NCBI GenBank assembly: GCA_964651095.1
Contig: CAZYWO010000001.1
Location: 1-60,461 of the forward strand
DNA from: an uncultured Oscillospiraceae bacterium
Lineage (GTDB): Bacteria > Bacillota > Clostridia > Peptostreptococcales > Anaerovoracaceae
Direction of reading: 5' to 3'
DNA: 60,461 nt
Both the position numbers and the translations under genes were made by a program. Shown here piece by piece: positions 37,325-46,248 of this stretch (the first letter of the stretch is position 1; the number at the start of each line of letters is the position of its first letter). Below the pieces are notes generated by a model. The model was not told where the DNA came from. It saw nothing but the letters and a program-made list of their open reading frames with translations, and searched no databases.

Positions 37325-38236
37325 CTAAGAAAGATTTGCCGGCTTATTGATTTTTATTACATAAGCCGTGCCTATCAAAGCCACAAGGAAGGTAAGTGCT
37401 ATCAGGATTTTACCCGGTCCGGTGGTGGTAAGAATATCATACCAATCCTTATTAAGGAACCGCAGCATCGGAATATTTGCAAGCACCACAGCTTCTACGC
37501 TGATAAAATCCTTATACAAAGCTGCGGTTTCCGTAGCAAGCTCCTCGTTGATCTGCCGCACGTCCGCCATCTTCTTTATAATAGGCGTAAGGCTCTGTTT
37601 ATGCAGACGGTCATGCTGACATAAGATAAGTACGTCGCACCATTCTTTCCAGAAGGGATTGTCAATCGCCGCCTGCATACGGCGGATATTGCGTATATCT
37701 GAGCTGTCAATAAAGGTTTTGGATGTGACAAAATCCTGAAAAACCTTTTTAAGGGGCATTTCAATGTTGGGAATATTTTTGTTTATGGCCGTAACAATGT
37801 TGTCTGTGGACATGTATGTATTGGTTATAATGCCCAGAACAGTTTCTATTTGTTCGGAGAGCCATTGCTTATATCTGGTAGTTTTGATACTGAGAAACCA
37901 TCCCGGAATAACAGGAAGGCCCGCTCCGAGGACAAGAGAAAGGAATCCGTTTCCCCAAAATGCGCCTATCAGTATCCCGGCAATGCTCAGAGCTGCCATT
38001 ATATACAAATACTGATTAAAGCTGAGCTTGGAATTTTCCAATGCGGCGGTTGAATCCGCTTTGAATCGACCCCATCGGCTGAGCTTTTTCCCGGTAAGCT
38101 CCAGCCGCTTGTTTTCTGCAATAGCGGCGGCTACTTCTTCGACTTTTCTGGCCTTTATTACAGAAGTCTTTTTACGGGAAAAAATTACTGACAGACTGCC
38201 TATGGAAAGAAGCAAAAATATAACCAGTCGATACAA
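37325..38236 (-). CDS. TadB-like platform protein (T2SS-F family)
   Basis: Start re-set to TTG 38236 (SD GGGAGGG 7 nt upstream, 1 nt after the cpaF-like stop). Same TM/helical/TM architecture as TadC. Confidence 0.6.
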   Translation of the reverse strand: MYRLVIFLLLSIGSLSVIFSRKKTSVIKARKVEEVAAAIAENKRLELTGKKLSRWGRFKADSTAALENSKLSFNQYLYIMAALSIAGILIGAFWGNGFLSLVLGAGLPVIPGWFLSIKTTRYKQWLSEQIETVLGIITNTYMSTDNIVTAINKNIPNIEMPLKKVFQDFVTSKTFIDSSDIRNIRRMQAAIDNPFWKEWCDVLILCQHDRLHKQSLTPIIKKMADVRQINEELATETAALYKDFISVEAVVLANIPMLRFLNKDWYDILTTTGPGKILIALTFLVALIGTAYVIKINKPANLS

Positions 38237-38237
38237 G

Positions 38238-39650
38238 CTATATCCCTCCCTTTTCCTTAATCCATTCGGGGGAAGCATACTTTGCCACCCTCGACAGAGG
38301 AGCCCCGTTCTCAAGCATACGCTCGGCTATTTTGTCCGAAACATACCCCACCTGAGCATGTGTTCCCTTTATTTTCCCATCGGGACCTATACCGCTTAAG
38401 CGGAAGCGGAAAATATCCTTACATATAAAATCGTCGTTATTATAAGACAAGCCTTCCACAATGCTCAGATACTTTCTGCTGCTGTCAATCATTTTTTTCT
38501 TGTATACCACAATAGGAAACGCATCAACAATATTTTTAGCAAGACGTGTTTCAGAACTGATATGGCCGGACTGCTCGCACATGGAAAGAATACGGGCATA
38601 GGCATCTGCCGCAGAGTTAGCGTGAAGGGTTGTGGCTACGGTGTGCCCTGTTCTTGCCGCTTCCTGTGCGTCCAGTGCTTCGCTGCCTCTCATCTCTGCC
38701 GGAACAATTATGTGAGGGTGATATCTGAGGGAGGCTTTTACAAGCCTTTGACTGTCTATTTTTGCTGAAGGGTTGGTAGTCCAGTTTACAACACGGTTGT
38801 ATATGCGCCCGTCCTCATTCCTTTTTGTGAGGCGCAGCTCACGCACACCTTCCTCGATTGTTACAATACGGTAGTAGTCCGGGCAAAGGTTTAAGAATAC
38901 ATTCAAATCCGTAGTTTTGCCTGACGAAGTGCCTCCGGCAAAGGCTACAGAGATTCCGCTTGTTAAGCACAGATAGATAAAATCCATTTCCTCTTTGGTA
39001 CATGTTCCAAAAGATATCATATCTTCGGCAGAAAATTTATCTTCCCTTTGCTTTCGTATCGAGGCCGATGCTCCCGCCTCTTTATCGTTTACAGGGCTTA
39101 TTGTTGCGGATATTCTGACGCCCTGAGACATATAGCTGTCCTGCACAGGCTCACTGCCGTCCAAAACAAGCCCGCCCAGAGCGACCATCTTTTTTACCGT
39201 ATCCATACATTGGGTTGGGCTGAGGAATGTATCGCCGACCTTTTCCACCTCGCCGCCGGCATATTCGACTTCAACATCGTCAAACGCATTTATATTGATT
39301 TCCTCAACATTCGGATCAAAAAGGTACTGAGTCAAAAAGCCGAAGCCCGCCATATCCTCATAGAGCTTCCCGCAGAGCTGAGAATTGTCCTCTATTTCGG
39401 AACAAAGCAAATTCAGCTTTATAACATAAGAGGATATAAGGCGCTTCAAGACTTCGGCGCTGTCCTTAGACGTTATCACGCTGCTTAATTCATCGGCGTG
39501 TTTTTTGCTTATAACTTCCCTTATTGTATTAAGGATTTCACCGTATGGCTTCGGTATTATTTTTTCTTTACCGTTTCGTATGGTTTTATCGTCGGTTTCT
39601 CCTTTGCGCTGCTCCATTTCGTAGGCAGCCTCAAAAATATCAATCGCCAC
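38238..39650 (-). CDS. CpaF/TadA-family secretion ATPase
   Basis: 470 aa. Walker A is AGGTSSGKTT. Also IVPAEMRGSEA and GHTVATTLHANSA. Its length and the lack of a PilB-type N-domain or Cys box fit CpaF. Confidence 0.85.
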   Translation of the reverse strand: MAIDIFEAAYEMEQRKGETDDKTIRNGKEKIIPKPYGEILNTIREVISKKHADELSSVITSKDSAEVLKRLISSYVIKLNLLCSEIEDNSQLCGKLYEDMAGFGFLTQYLFDPNVEEININAFDDVEVEYAGGEVEKVGDTFLSPTQCMDTVKKMVALGGLVLDGSEPVQDSYMSQGVRISATISPVNDKEAGASASIRKQREDKFSAEDMISFGTCTKEEMDFIYLCLTSGISVAFAGGTSSGKTTDLNVFLNLCPDYYRIVTIEEGVRELRLTKRNEDGRIYNRVVNWTTNPSAKIDSQRLVKASLRYHPHIIVPAEMRGSEALDAQEAARTGHTVATTLHANSAADAYARILSMCEQSGHISSETRLAKNIVDAFPIVVYKKKMIDSSRKYLSIVEGLSYNNDDFICKDIFRFRLSGIGPDGKIKGTHAQVGYVSDKIAERMLENGAPLSRVAKYASPEWIKEKGGI

Positions 39651-40371
39651 TTGTGATTCCTCCTCTCACCAGTTTCAAAAGCTCAATCATATTTTTTGCA
39701 TAATCGGCTTTGTTTCTTTTTCCGCTCATAAACGGTACTCCTGTATTTACCGACTGTTTTACGGCAGCATCGAAAGGAAGGGTTACATCAAAGCTGTCGC
39801 CGAAAACTGCCTCTATATTACTGAAGCTTACGGCATTTTCATTGGCGTAAAGCACGTTTATTACTTTAGCGCACTTGTCGATAAAGGGCTTCATTGCCTT
39901 AGCACGAATAAGCCCGACAACATCCGGATGCACAAGATTAATTACTTTGTCGGCATAGACAAGCGCCCACAGCTTATATGGATTATTCGGTGAATCCTCG
40001 CAGTCCACAACAACATATTCAAATTGATTTTTAAGCTCTGTAATCAATTCTCTGATATGTTCGTCGCTGAGTATGCTGTCATTGCCCAGATGGTCAAAAT
40101 ATGTTGTTTCGCTGTGAGCCGAAAGCAGAAACAGATTATTTCTGCCGGGCACGGGGAATACTGCGCCGGGAAGGTCGATGTCCTTTGCGTTGCTGATTTT
40201 TGTAAAGCTTTTTTCAGGCGGAATTTCTGCTCCGAAAAAACTTCCTATGCTGCCGCAGGAAAGGTCTGTATCAAAAAGACAGGTCAGACTGTTGTCGCTG
40301 AGAAGCCAAGATAAATTTGCCGCCACCGTGCTTTTTCCTCCGAAGCCGGTTATTGCTATCAGTCTGCCCAT
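39640..40371 (-). CDS. ParA/MinD-like ATPase (TadZ/CpaE-like)
   Basis: 243 aa. Deviant Walker A IAITGFGGKSTVAANL. Position directly upstream of the CpaF-like ATPase. Confidence 0.55.
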   Translation of the reverse strand: MGRLIAITGFGGKSTVAANLSWLLSDNSLTCLFDTDLSCGSIGSFFGAEIPPEKSFTKISNAKDIDLPGAVFPVPGRNNLFLLSAHSETTYFDHLGNDSILSDEHIRELITELKNQFEYVVVDCEDSPNNPYKLWALVYADKVINLVHPDVVGLIRAKAMKPFIDKCAKVINVLYANENAVSFSNIEAVFGDSFDVTLPFDAAVKQSVNTGVPFMSGKRNKADYAKNMIELLKLVRGGITSGD

Positions 40372-41048
40372 TACTGTACCCCTCCCAATAATGCCTGAGC
40401 CGCTTCGCCTCTGCCGGCAAAGGCAAGATGGATTTCTCCGCCCTGTTCAAGGGTAATAAGCTGAGCCGCCTGAGCCTTTGAAGCAAGCAGGGTTACTGTT
40501 TCGGGAACGCTGCCGCTTGCGGCATCTTCACCCTTGCTGCCGCTTACTGCCAGCACCTCTAATGCTGCAAGCTCCGGCAAAGATATAAGGCCGTTATCCT
40601 TGCTGTAACCAAAAACAGTTACAACGTCTCCTTCCTCAAGCTTTCCGCTGACGGATGAGCTGAGAGTGCTCATTGAAACAGACACCGCATATTTATCACT
40701 TCGGGAATCCACCTTATGGAAATTATTTTCCGATTGATTCGAGCTGAGCTTTGCGGGCGTTACAAAGTCCTCAGGGTAAATGTCCGTCACCGCATATTTT
40801 CCTACAGCATAGGCCTTGTCTGTTACCGCATCGGCGGGAGCTTCGCTGCTCACCTTCACCGTAAGCATATCCTCTTTAATCAGAGTGCCTTTGGCGATTA
40901 TAGTTTTCATTTTTATTACTTCAATGCCGTTTTCCTTCTTCCTGTTCTGTCCGGGAATTAAGAAAAAGGCTATAATTGCCGCAAGTATAATACAGATTGC
41001 GGCAACAACATATTTGCTTGTGAAAATATTTTTGATTTTGTTTTTCAT
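40371..41048 (-). CDS. CpaB/RcpC-like pilus assembly protein (SAF domain)
   Basis: 225 aa. N-terminal anchor VVAAICIILAAIIAFFLI, then a SAF-like segment IAKGTLIKEDMLTVKV. Confidence 0.5.
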   Translation of the reverse strand: MKNKIKNIFTSKYVVAAICIILAAIIAFFLIPGQNRKKENGIEVIKMKTIIAKGTLIKEDMLTVKVSSEAPADAVTDKAYAVGKYAVTDIYPEDFVTPAKLSSNQSENNFHKVDSRSDKYAVSVSMSTLSSSVSGKLEEGDVVTVFGYSKDNGLISLPELAALEVLAVSGSKGEDAASGSVPETVTLLASKAQAAQLITLEQGGEIHLAFAGRGEAAQALLGGVQ

Positions 41049-42067
41049 TGGATGCCTCCTAAGATTGTTTCAATATTTTGATATGTGTCGGCATTTTCTT
41101 TTCCGTAAAAAATGTCGGGCTCATACTGTGCAAATAAGGTTTTGTTCATGCCGAAAAGCTCCGATATATCGCCTCTTTCCTCCGGCATTGAAAAGTTCAG
41201 AAGAAAAATAAAATCCTCCTGTCCCATTATGCTCATGTATATTCTGCTGAGCTTTCCTAACGCCCAAGGCTTTACAGACGATACTATCACCTTTAAATCA
41301 CAGGAAAGAAAGCTGCTGTTATATTCTGAGGGCGCTCCGTAATCCTCTATGAAGAAATCAAAATCGGCCTTATCTGCAACCGTATTGGCAAACTCATTGG
41401 AATAAACGGGAAGCCTGGCAATAAAAGCGCAGTTATCTCCGTCCTTGAAAACATCAGTCCACGTTTTATAGCCCTCTGCCGTAGAGTCGCCGCAGGTTTG
41501 AATGTAGCACGATTTTCTGCCTGACGACAAAAGATGCGCCGCAAATGCCAGCGCATGGTGAGTTGTTCCGCCGCCGGGTGACGTTCCGGCAAAACCGATG
41601 CGGAGCTTCCTTTGCGGAACGGATTCTTCTTCCTTTTCCGTGCTCTTTCGCTTAAAGAAGGTTTTCTTCGGTGTCGGCTCATTATGTACTGTGGGTACAA
41701 AAATATAGCTTTCGTCAATAACCTGACTCAAGGCTTCATCGGGAGCCTTTTCGGGAGGAATTATATTTTTAAACCCCGCCGATGTCAAGTCGGCATAATC
41801 CTGTTCGGGAGTTTCTTCATCGGTTATTACAACAAGCTTTCCCGCAAACAGCTTCTTAAGAGAAATTATACTCCCCGGATCACATTTGAGGGCAGAATAC
41901 TCAATTATGAGCAGTCCCACATGATTAAGATTGCGTAAGTTTAATGTTACGCTTCTTATATCCTCCGTTGTCCTGTTCTCTATTACCTCAATGGCATTTT
42001 CCCTGCATACCCTTTGCAAAGGAACAGTGTTATATGCTTTGCTGCAATATATATGTGCAACACTCAT
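41045..42067 (-). CDS. Hypothetical; receiver-like N-domain plus degenerate ParA-like C-domain (second TadZ-like)
   Basis: 340 aa. The C-terminal half contains RIGFAGTSPGGGTTHHALAFAAHL (degenerate P-loop). It is the first gene of the Tad block. Confidence 0.35.
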   Translation of the reverse strand: MSVAHIYCSKAYNTVPLQRVCRENAIEVIENRTTEDIRSVTLNLRNLNHVGLLIIEYSALKCDPGSIISLKKLFAGKLVVITDEETPEQDYADLTSAGFKNIIPPEKAPDEALSQVIDESYIFVPTVHNEPTPKKTFFKRKSTEKEEESVPQRKLRIGFAGTSPGGGTTHHALAFAAHLLSSGRKSCYIQTCGDSTAEGYKTWTDVFKDGDNCAFIARLPVYSNEFANTVADKADFDFFIEDYGAPSEYNSSFLSCDLKVIVSSVKPWALGKLSRIYMSIMGQEDFIFLLNFSMPEERGDISELFGMNKTLFAQYEPDIFYGKENADTYQNIETILGGIQ

Positions 42068-42082
42068 GCTTTACCTTCTTTC

Positions 42083-42928
42083 TTATATACTGAGGCTCCA
42101 GAAAGGGCCGCCGGCGGCAGCTCCCCGATTTGCCTCGTTAAGTATGATATTTATATCCCACTCCTTTTCGCTTCGCTTGTAACTGGCCGGATCCGCAACA
42201 AGAACCTTACCGTTTGGAGTTATGCCACGCAGGACAATAAAATGTCCGCCCCTTGTAAAATGGCCTTTCGACATAATAGCAATTACAAGCTTTCCGCTTG
42301 ACAGGTGTGCCGCCAGCTGAGCAGCGTTTGAACGCCCTAATTTTTCAACTTTCAATCCATAATGCTTCGCTCCGGTGGGAATAAGGCTGTGATAGCTTCC
42401 GCTGCCCTCGCAACGATGCCCGTTTGCAACAGACCATGCACATACCGTAGGCGGATCTACGTTTACGCCCGTAAGGGTAGAAACCGCTATTGCCAACGCC
42501 GTAGGTCCGCAGCCTGCCTGACCTATGGTACTGGAGCGACCGTACATCTGCCCAGACCAACGGGAATCAAGCTGATTATAATACACCACTTGTGTTTCTC
42601 CCGCCGCTCCGAGTGTAACGCCATCGTAAGAAGCTGCTGCTCCGCTGCTGTCCATAGAAACATCATTTTGATAAAAGCTGCTTTGCAGTTGGGTTATCCA
42701 TGTCATTTCATTGTCGGAAAACGCCATTTCCGCCAAGGCCTCAATAGGATGCTCCAACACAAAAGTAATAAAACCGGCAAGCATAATTATCAAAATAACA
42801 GGGGTAAGAATAACCGCAAGAATTGTACTGCGGGCTTCTTCATTTTCGGCAGTTTTTGCGGCAATAAGTCTGAGCAGCCTCAAAAAAGCCTCTTTAGCTG
42901 CCGCTGCCATATGTGTCATCCCTTTCAC
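42083..42928 (-). CDS. Membrane-anchored papain-fold cysteine peptidase (C39-like), candidate cell-wall hydrolase
   Basis: 281 aa with an N-terminal TM (ILAVILTPVILIIMLAGFITFVL). YNQLDSRW...GQAGCGPTALAIAVSTL ... GGHFIVLRG gives a Cys/His dyad pattern. Confidence 0.5.
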   Translation of the reverse strand: MKGMTHMAAAAKEAFLRLLRLIAAKTAENEEARSTILAVILTPVILIIMLAGFITFVLEHPIEALAEMAFSDNEMTWITQLQSSFYQNDVSMDSSGAAASYDGVTLGAAGETQVVYYNQLDSRWSGQMYGRSSTIGQAGCGPTALAIAVSTLTGVNVDPPTVCAWSVANGHRCEGSGSYHSLIPTGAKHYGLKVEKLGRSNAAQLAAHLSSGKLVIAIMSKGHFTRGGHFIVLRGITPNGKVLVADPASYKRSEKEWDINIILNEANRGAAAGGPFWSLSI

Positions 42929-43040
42929 ACTTTATTTGCGGAGTTTTAAATTTCCCGCTGGACAATATCAATATGAATAATATTGCAGATACAAGGAAAA
43001 CAAAAAAAACAACTGCTAAAATAATGCACCTTGAAATCAA
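42894..43040 (-). CDS. Possible unannotated small hydrophobic ORF (48 aa)
   Basis: Hand translation: TTG-ISRCIILAVVFFVFLVSAILFILILSSGKFKTPQIKCERDDTYGSGS-TAA. SD GGAGGTG (43054-43048) lies 7 nt upstream, just after the relaxase stop. Below the ORF-track size cutoff. Confidence 0.3.
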   Translation of the reverse strand: MISRCIILAVVFFVFLVSAILFILILSSGKFKTPQIKCERDDTYGSGS

Positions 43041-43057
43041 TGCGTGTCACCTCCGAT

Positions 43058-44410
43058 TTACATTTCATTTTCTTCAAAACCGCCGTTGGTCAGGTTTTTG
43101 TTAAACCTTGCAGCAGTACGGTCACTTTTGTGTATATATTCCTTTAATGCATTACCCTCAAGGCTCTTATTGTCCAGAGCATCTGAAATCGGGTAATCGC
43201 TGCCGGAACTGCTTCGGGCAATTTGTACAAGCCCGATAAACAGGTTAAGCTCTCCGCTTACCGTATTAAGCTTGAACTGTTCCTGAAGGGCTTTCGACGT
43301 AAACCACTCATTGCCTCCGTAAAGCATATCTGTGCTGAGATACTTTCCGTTGGGAGTTTTTATTAGAAGGTCCGGATATTTATCGCTTAAAGTCACTTCA
43401 TAATCTAATGCCTTCATACCCTCAATAAATTGATTCATGGAAAGACATCTTTTTGAAATTTGAACGATTGTTTCTCTGGCCTCTCTGAACTCCTTTTGAA
43501 GCTGAGTTATTACCTTAGTCTGTTCATCGGGATTACAGGTTTCCCGGTTAAGGTTTATAACCTCGACAAACCGCTTCAGCCGCCAATGGTTATTAGGTTT
43601 ATCCGCATTTTCCTTAAATCTGCGGGTTAAGGCACTTTTGGAGAAGAAGTAGTCTGTTTCCGCCTTTTCTTCTCCGGCCTCTTTATCGGCCCGTTCAAAC
43701 AGCTCATCAAGCTTATGGTCACGGACTTTTTTTCCGTCTGAATTTTCAAAGGTTATGTATTTGCGGTTTTCCTCCCAAATTACATTTTTGTATCCTATGG
43801 CTTTCATTGCCCAAATGAATTCCTCTTTGGATTCTGCCGCCTCCGCTATGTAATCAGCTGCAAGCATTGTTTCGTGAACCCAGCTGAAGCGGCCATACTT
43901 CATTATATAATACAGGCCGTTGCTTCGCTTGCGCTTCACGCCTATATCAATAGCATCCAACCGCATTTCCTTCAGAACGTTTTCATTGATATCTCTTTTC
44001 AGCTGCATCAATTCCATGTTGGTCTGATGCCATTTTTTACCGTCAAGCCCCACAGAATTTATAAGGAAATGCACATGAGTATGAGCTTTGTCACGATGAA
44101 CGCCGAACACCATTTGAAAGTTTTCAAACTCCTTAAGCCGGAGAACCTTCTCAGCCGCTTCGGCTGCCTTTTCATAGCTGACATCCTCTTTCTGCGAGAA
44201 TGACAGTACAAAATGCGTTGCCAGTCTGCCGCCGGTTTTTTCGGCAGCTTCACGGGTACATTGAAAATCCCAGTATACATTTTCTATGTCCGTGTCCTTC
44301 TGACCAATAAGATTAGGAGCAGTTTTTTGTTCGCCGAAAATATATTCGATGGCCTTTTTTAATCCAGCTTTTGTTTTGATTGCGTTATTAATAAATTTAA
44401 GGATTGCCAT
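43058..44410 (-). CDS. Relaxase (MobA/VirD2 relaxase family)
   Basis: 450 aa. LATHFVLSFSQKE and the histidine triad VHRDKAHTHVHFLINSV. Preceded by mobC. Ends GGFEENEM. Confidence 0.85.
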   Translation of the reverse strand: MAILKFINNAIKTKAGLKKAIEYIFGEQKTAPNLIGQKDTDIENVYWDFQCTREAAEKTGGRLATHFVLSFSQKEDVSYEKAAEAAEKVLRLKEFENFQMVFGVHRDKAHTHVHFLINSVGLDGKKWHQTNMELMQLKRDINENVLKEMRLDAIDIGVKRKRSNGLYYIMKYGRFSWVHETMLAADYIAEAAESKEEFIWAMKAIGYKNVIWEENRKYITFENSDGKKVRDHKLDELFERADKEAGEEKAETDYFFSKSALTRRFKENADKPNNHWRLKRFVEVINLNRETCNPDEQTKVITQLQKEFREARETIVQISKRCLSMNQFIEGMKALDYEVTLSDKYPDLLIKTPNGKYLSTDMLYGGNEWFTSKALQEQFKLNTVSGELNLFIGLVQIARSSSGSDYPISDALDNKSLEGNALKEYIHKSDRTAARFNKNLTNGGFEENEM

Positions 44411-44679
44411 ATCTTGCTTAATTCCTTCTTTGTGCTTTCAAGCTGAGGTGCAGTAATTTTGCCTTGATGACAAAGTATGGTTATCTGGTTAAGATTCACA
44501 CCAATGTGCCTCAGCTCCTTTCTGAACTCAGTCAATCCTTCGATGACGGTTATCTGTTTTTCCATGCAGCAGCTTCTGACGAACTCCGATACGCTGAGAT
44601 TGGAAGCTGCTGCCTTTTCTTCAATTTCCTCAAATTCGTTTTCCGTAACACGGAATGTAAGTCTTTTTTCTCGGTTCAT
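44359..44679 (-). CDS. mobC: MobC-family relaxosome accessory protein (RHH)
   Basis: 106 aa. RLTFRVTENEFEEIEEKAAASNLSVSEFVRS...LRHIGVNLNQI is the canonical MobC pattern. Confidence 0.8.
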   Translation of the reverse strand: MNREKRLTFRVTENEFEEIEEKAAASNLSVSEFVRSCCMEKQITVIEGLTEFRKELRHIGVNLNQITILCHQGKITAPQLESTKKELSKIWQSLNLLITQSKQKLD

Positions 44680-44728
44680 ATTTTCTCCTGTTCAGCAATA
44701 ATAATGGGGGTTTGGGCGCAGCCCATTT

Positions 44729-44842
44729 GCCAATGTCCGACATTGGCGTATCTTGCCATACCCGAAACGGGTATGTCGTTCGTCCGATTTCACCGCAGCG
44801 AAATCGGGACTCATATAGCTGAAAAAAGGAAATCTTTTCAGC
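44729..44842 (-). other. Candidate oriT (four consecutive perfect hairpins upstream of mobC)
   Basis: Four perfect inverted repeats: gccaatgtc-c-gacattggc (44729-47), atacccg-aaa-cgggtat (44758-74), ccgatttc-N8-gaaatcgg (44784-807) and gctgaaaa-N9-ttttcagc (44818-42). Confidence 0.5.
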
Positions 44843-44887
44843 GAGGGATTTTCAAGAGGTGCCTTCCTTGAAGCAGAAGCCCGACCT

Positions 44888-45112
44888 TTAACATTCCAAG
44901 GATTTTATTTGTTCCTCATAATAGCACAGCCTTTTATTCCGTTCGGGACTTTGGGGCAGCCGTCTTTCTGCTGACAGTGCATCCGTATAAAACCGCAGCT
45001 TGGTTTTATAAAAATTACACCGCTTTTTCAGCGGCAATGCAATGATAAGTACGCTGCACATCCCGGAGGAAGGCTGATATGCAAAGCAGTCTTTGCATTT
45101 GTTTTCATTCAT
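44888..45112 (-). CDS. Small cysteine-rich protein
   Basis: 74 aa. CKDC...C...C pattern at the N-terminus. Its start overlaps the Toprim gene stop. Confidence 0.4.
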   Translation of the reverse strand: MNENKCKDCFAYQPSSGMCSVLIIALPLKKRCNFYKTKLRFYTDALSAERRLPQSPERNKRLCYYEEQIKSLEC

Positions 45113-46245
45113 TCCAGTACCATCTCCTCTTGTTCCTGTATCCGAAGAAGGTCATCGTTATAGTCCTTCGATATCGGAGCTCTGATTTTAACGGTATATC
45201 CCATGGCGCTGTATTTATCAGAATAGCCGGTCATGGCACGAATCCCTGCATCATCATTATCCAAACAAAAGGTTATTTCTTTGATATTTCTATGCCCCTT
45301 GAGGTATCTGTCCAAAGCGAGGTCGCTTACTCCGCCCAAGGAAAGATAGCTGAACCGGCGATAGTCAACCCCCTCTGATTTTGCGATACTGATAACCGAA
45401 AGGGCATCAATGGGGCTTTCCGTTACAAAAAGCTTGCTTCCGTTTGAATCCAAATGGAAGCCTACACTTTTGTCGCTTCCCAAAGCGTCCTGACGGTATT
45501 TGCTTGCTGAATTAGTGCTGCGTTTGCTTGCATAAGCAATATCGCCCTTTTCGTCATTTCCAAGAAATACCACACCAAAGTTAATTTTGTAATCCTTTAT
45601 GATTTTGCCGCTGAACAATCCATTCAGTGTATTTCTTTTCGTGTCCTGAAGCTGCATATATTTGGGAATACCGTCTTTATATCCGATGCCGTCTTTCACG
45701 GTATCTATAAGCTGTTTTTCCAAAAGATATTTAATCCCTTCGGCTGATATCCCGTTGACTTCTTCACCCTTCGGGAGCCTGAGCCGAACATCCGCCGCCT
45801 GATAAATCAGTCCCTGATGCATAAGCTGCGAAATAAGCTCTCCGTCAATTCCCCTTGTTTTATTGAGATAAGCAAAGGCGGCATGATGGTTTTCATGCCG
45901 CCAGGGAAGTATCGGAGAAAAATGAGGCTCGTCAGCTTTTTTGACTGCCGGAGTATACACGACCGGAGCAATGCTGTTTACCCCCGCAAATTCGGAAAGA
46001 CGTATAACCGCATCCACGTAGGGAATACCTTCCACCGCCGTCATATAATCAATGGTATTTCTGCCGCCGAATCCCCGTGAAAACCAGTGCCATTTATTGT
46101 TGCGTGAAATGACAAGACTGTCATGTTCGGCAAGGCAAAAATCCCTCCCTCTGGGCTTTAATACATGACCTGTCCGGGTAAGATAGTCCACAAGGCTTAC
46201 GCCGAGAGCGGCACTGTACTGTTTCTGAGTAAACCGTTTTGCCAT
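45109..46245 (-). CDS. DUF3991-like plus Toprim domain protein (primase/topoisomerase-like)
   Basis: 378 aa. Toprim acidic motifs LFVTESPIDALS and FCLDNDDAGIRA. The N-terminal region is typical of ICE Toprim proteins. Confidence 0.7.
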   Translation of the reverse strand: MAKRFTQKQYSAALGVSLVDYLTRTGHVLKPRGRDFCLAEHDSLVISRNNKWHWFSRGFGGRNTIDYMTAVEGIPYVDAVIRLSEFAGVNSIAPVVYTPAVKKADEPHFSPILPWRHENHHAAFAYLNKTRGIDGELISQLMHQGLIYQAADVRLRLPKGEEVNGISAEGIKYLLEKQLIDTVKDGIGYKDGIPKYMQLQDTKRNTLNGLFSGKIIKDYKINFGVVFLGNDEKGDIAYASKRSTNSASKYRQDALGSDKSVGFHLDSNGSKLFVTESPIDALSVISIAKSEGVDYRRFSYLSLGGVSDLALDRYLKGHRNIKEITFCLDNDDAGIRAMTGYSDKYSAMGYTVKIRAPISKDYNDDLLRIQEQEEMVLE

Positions 46246-46248
46246 TCT

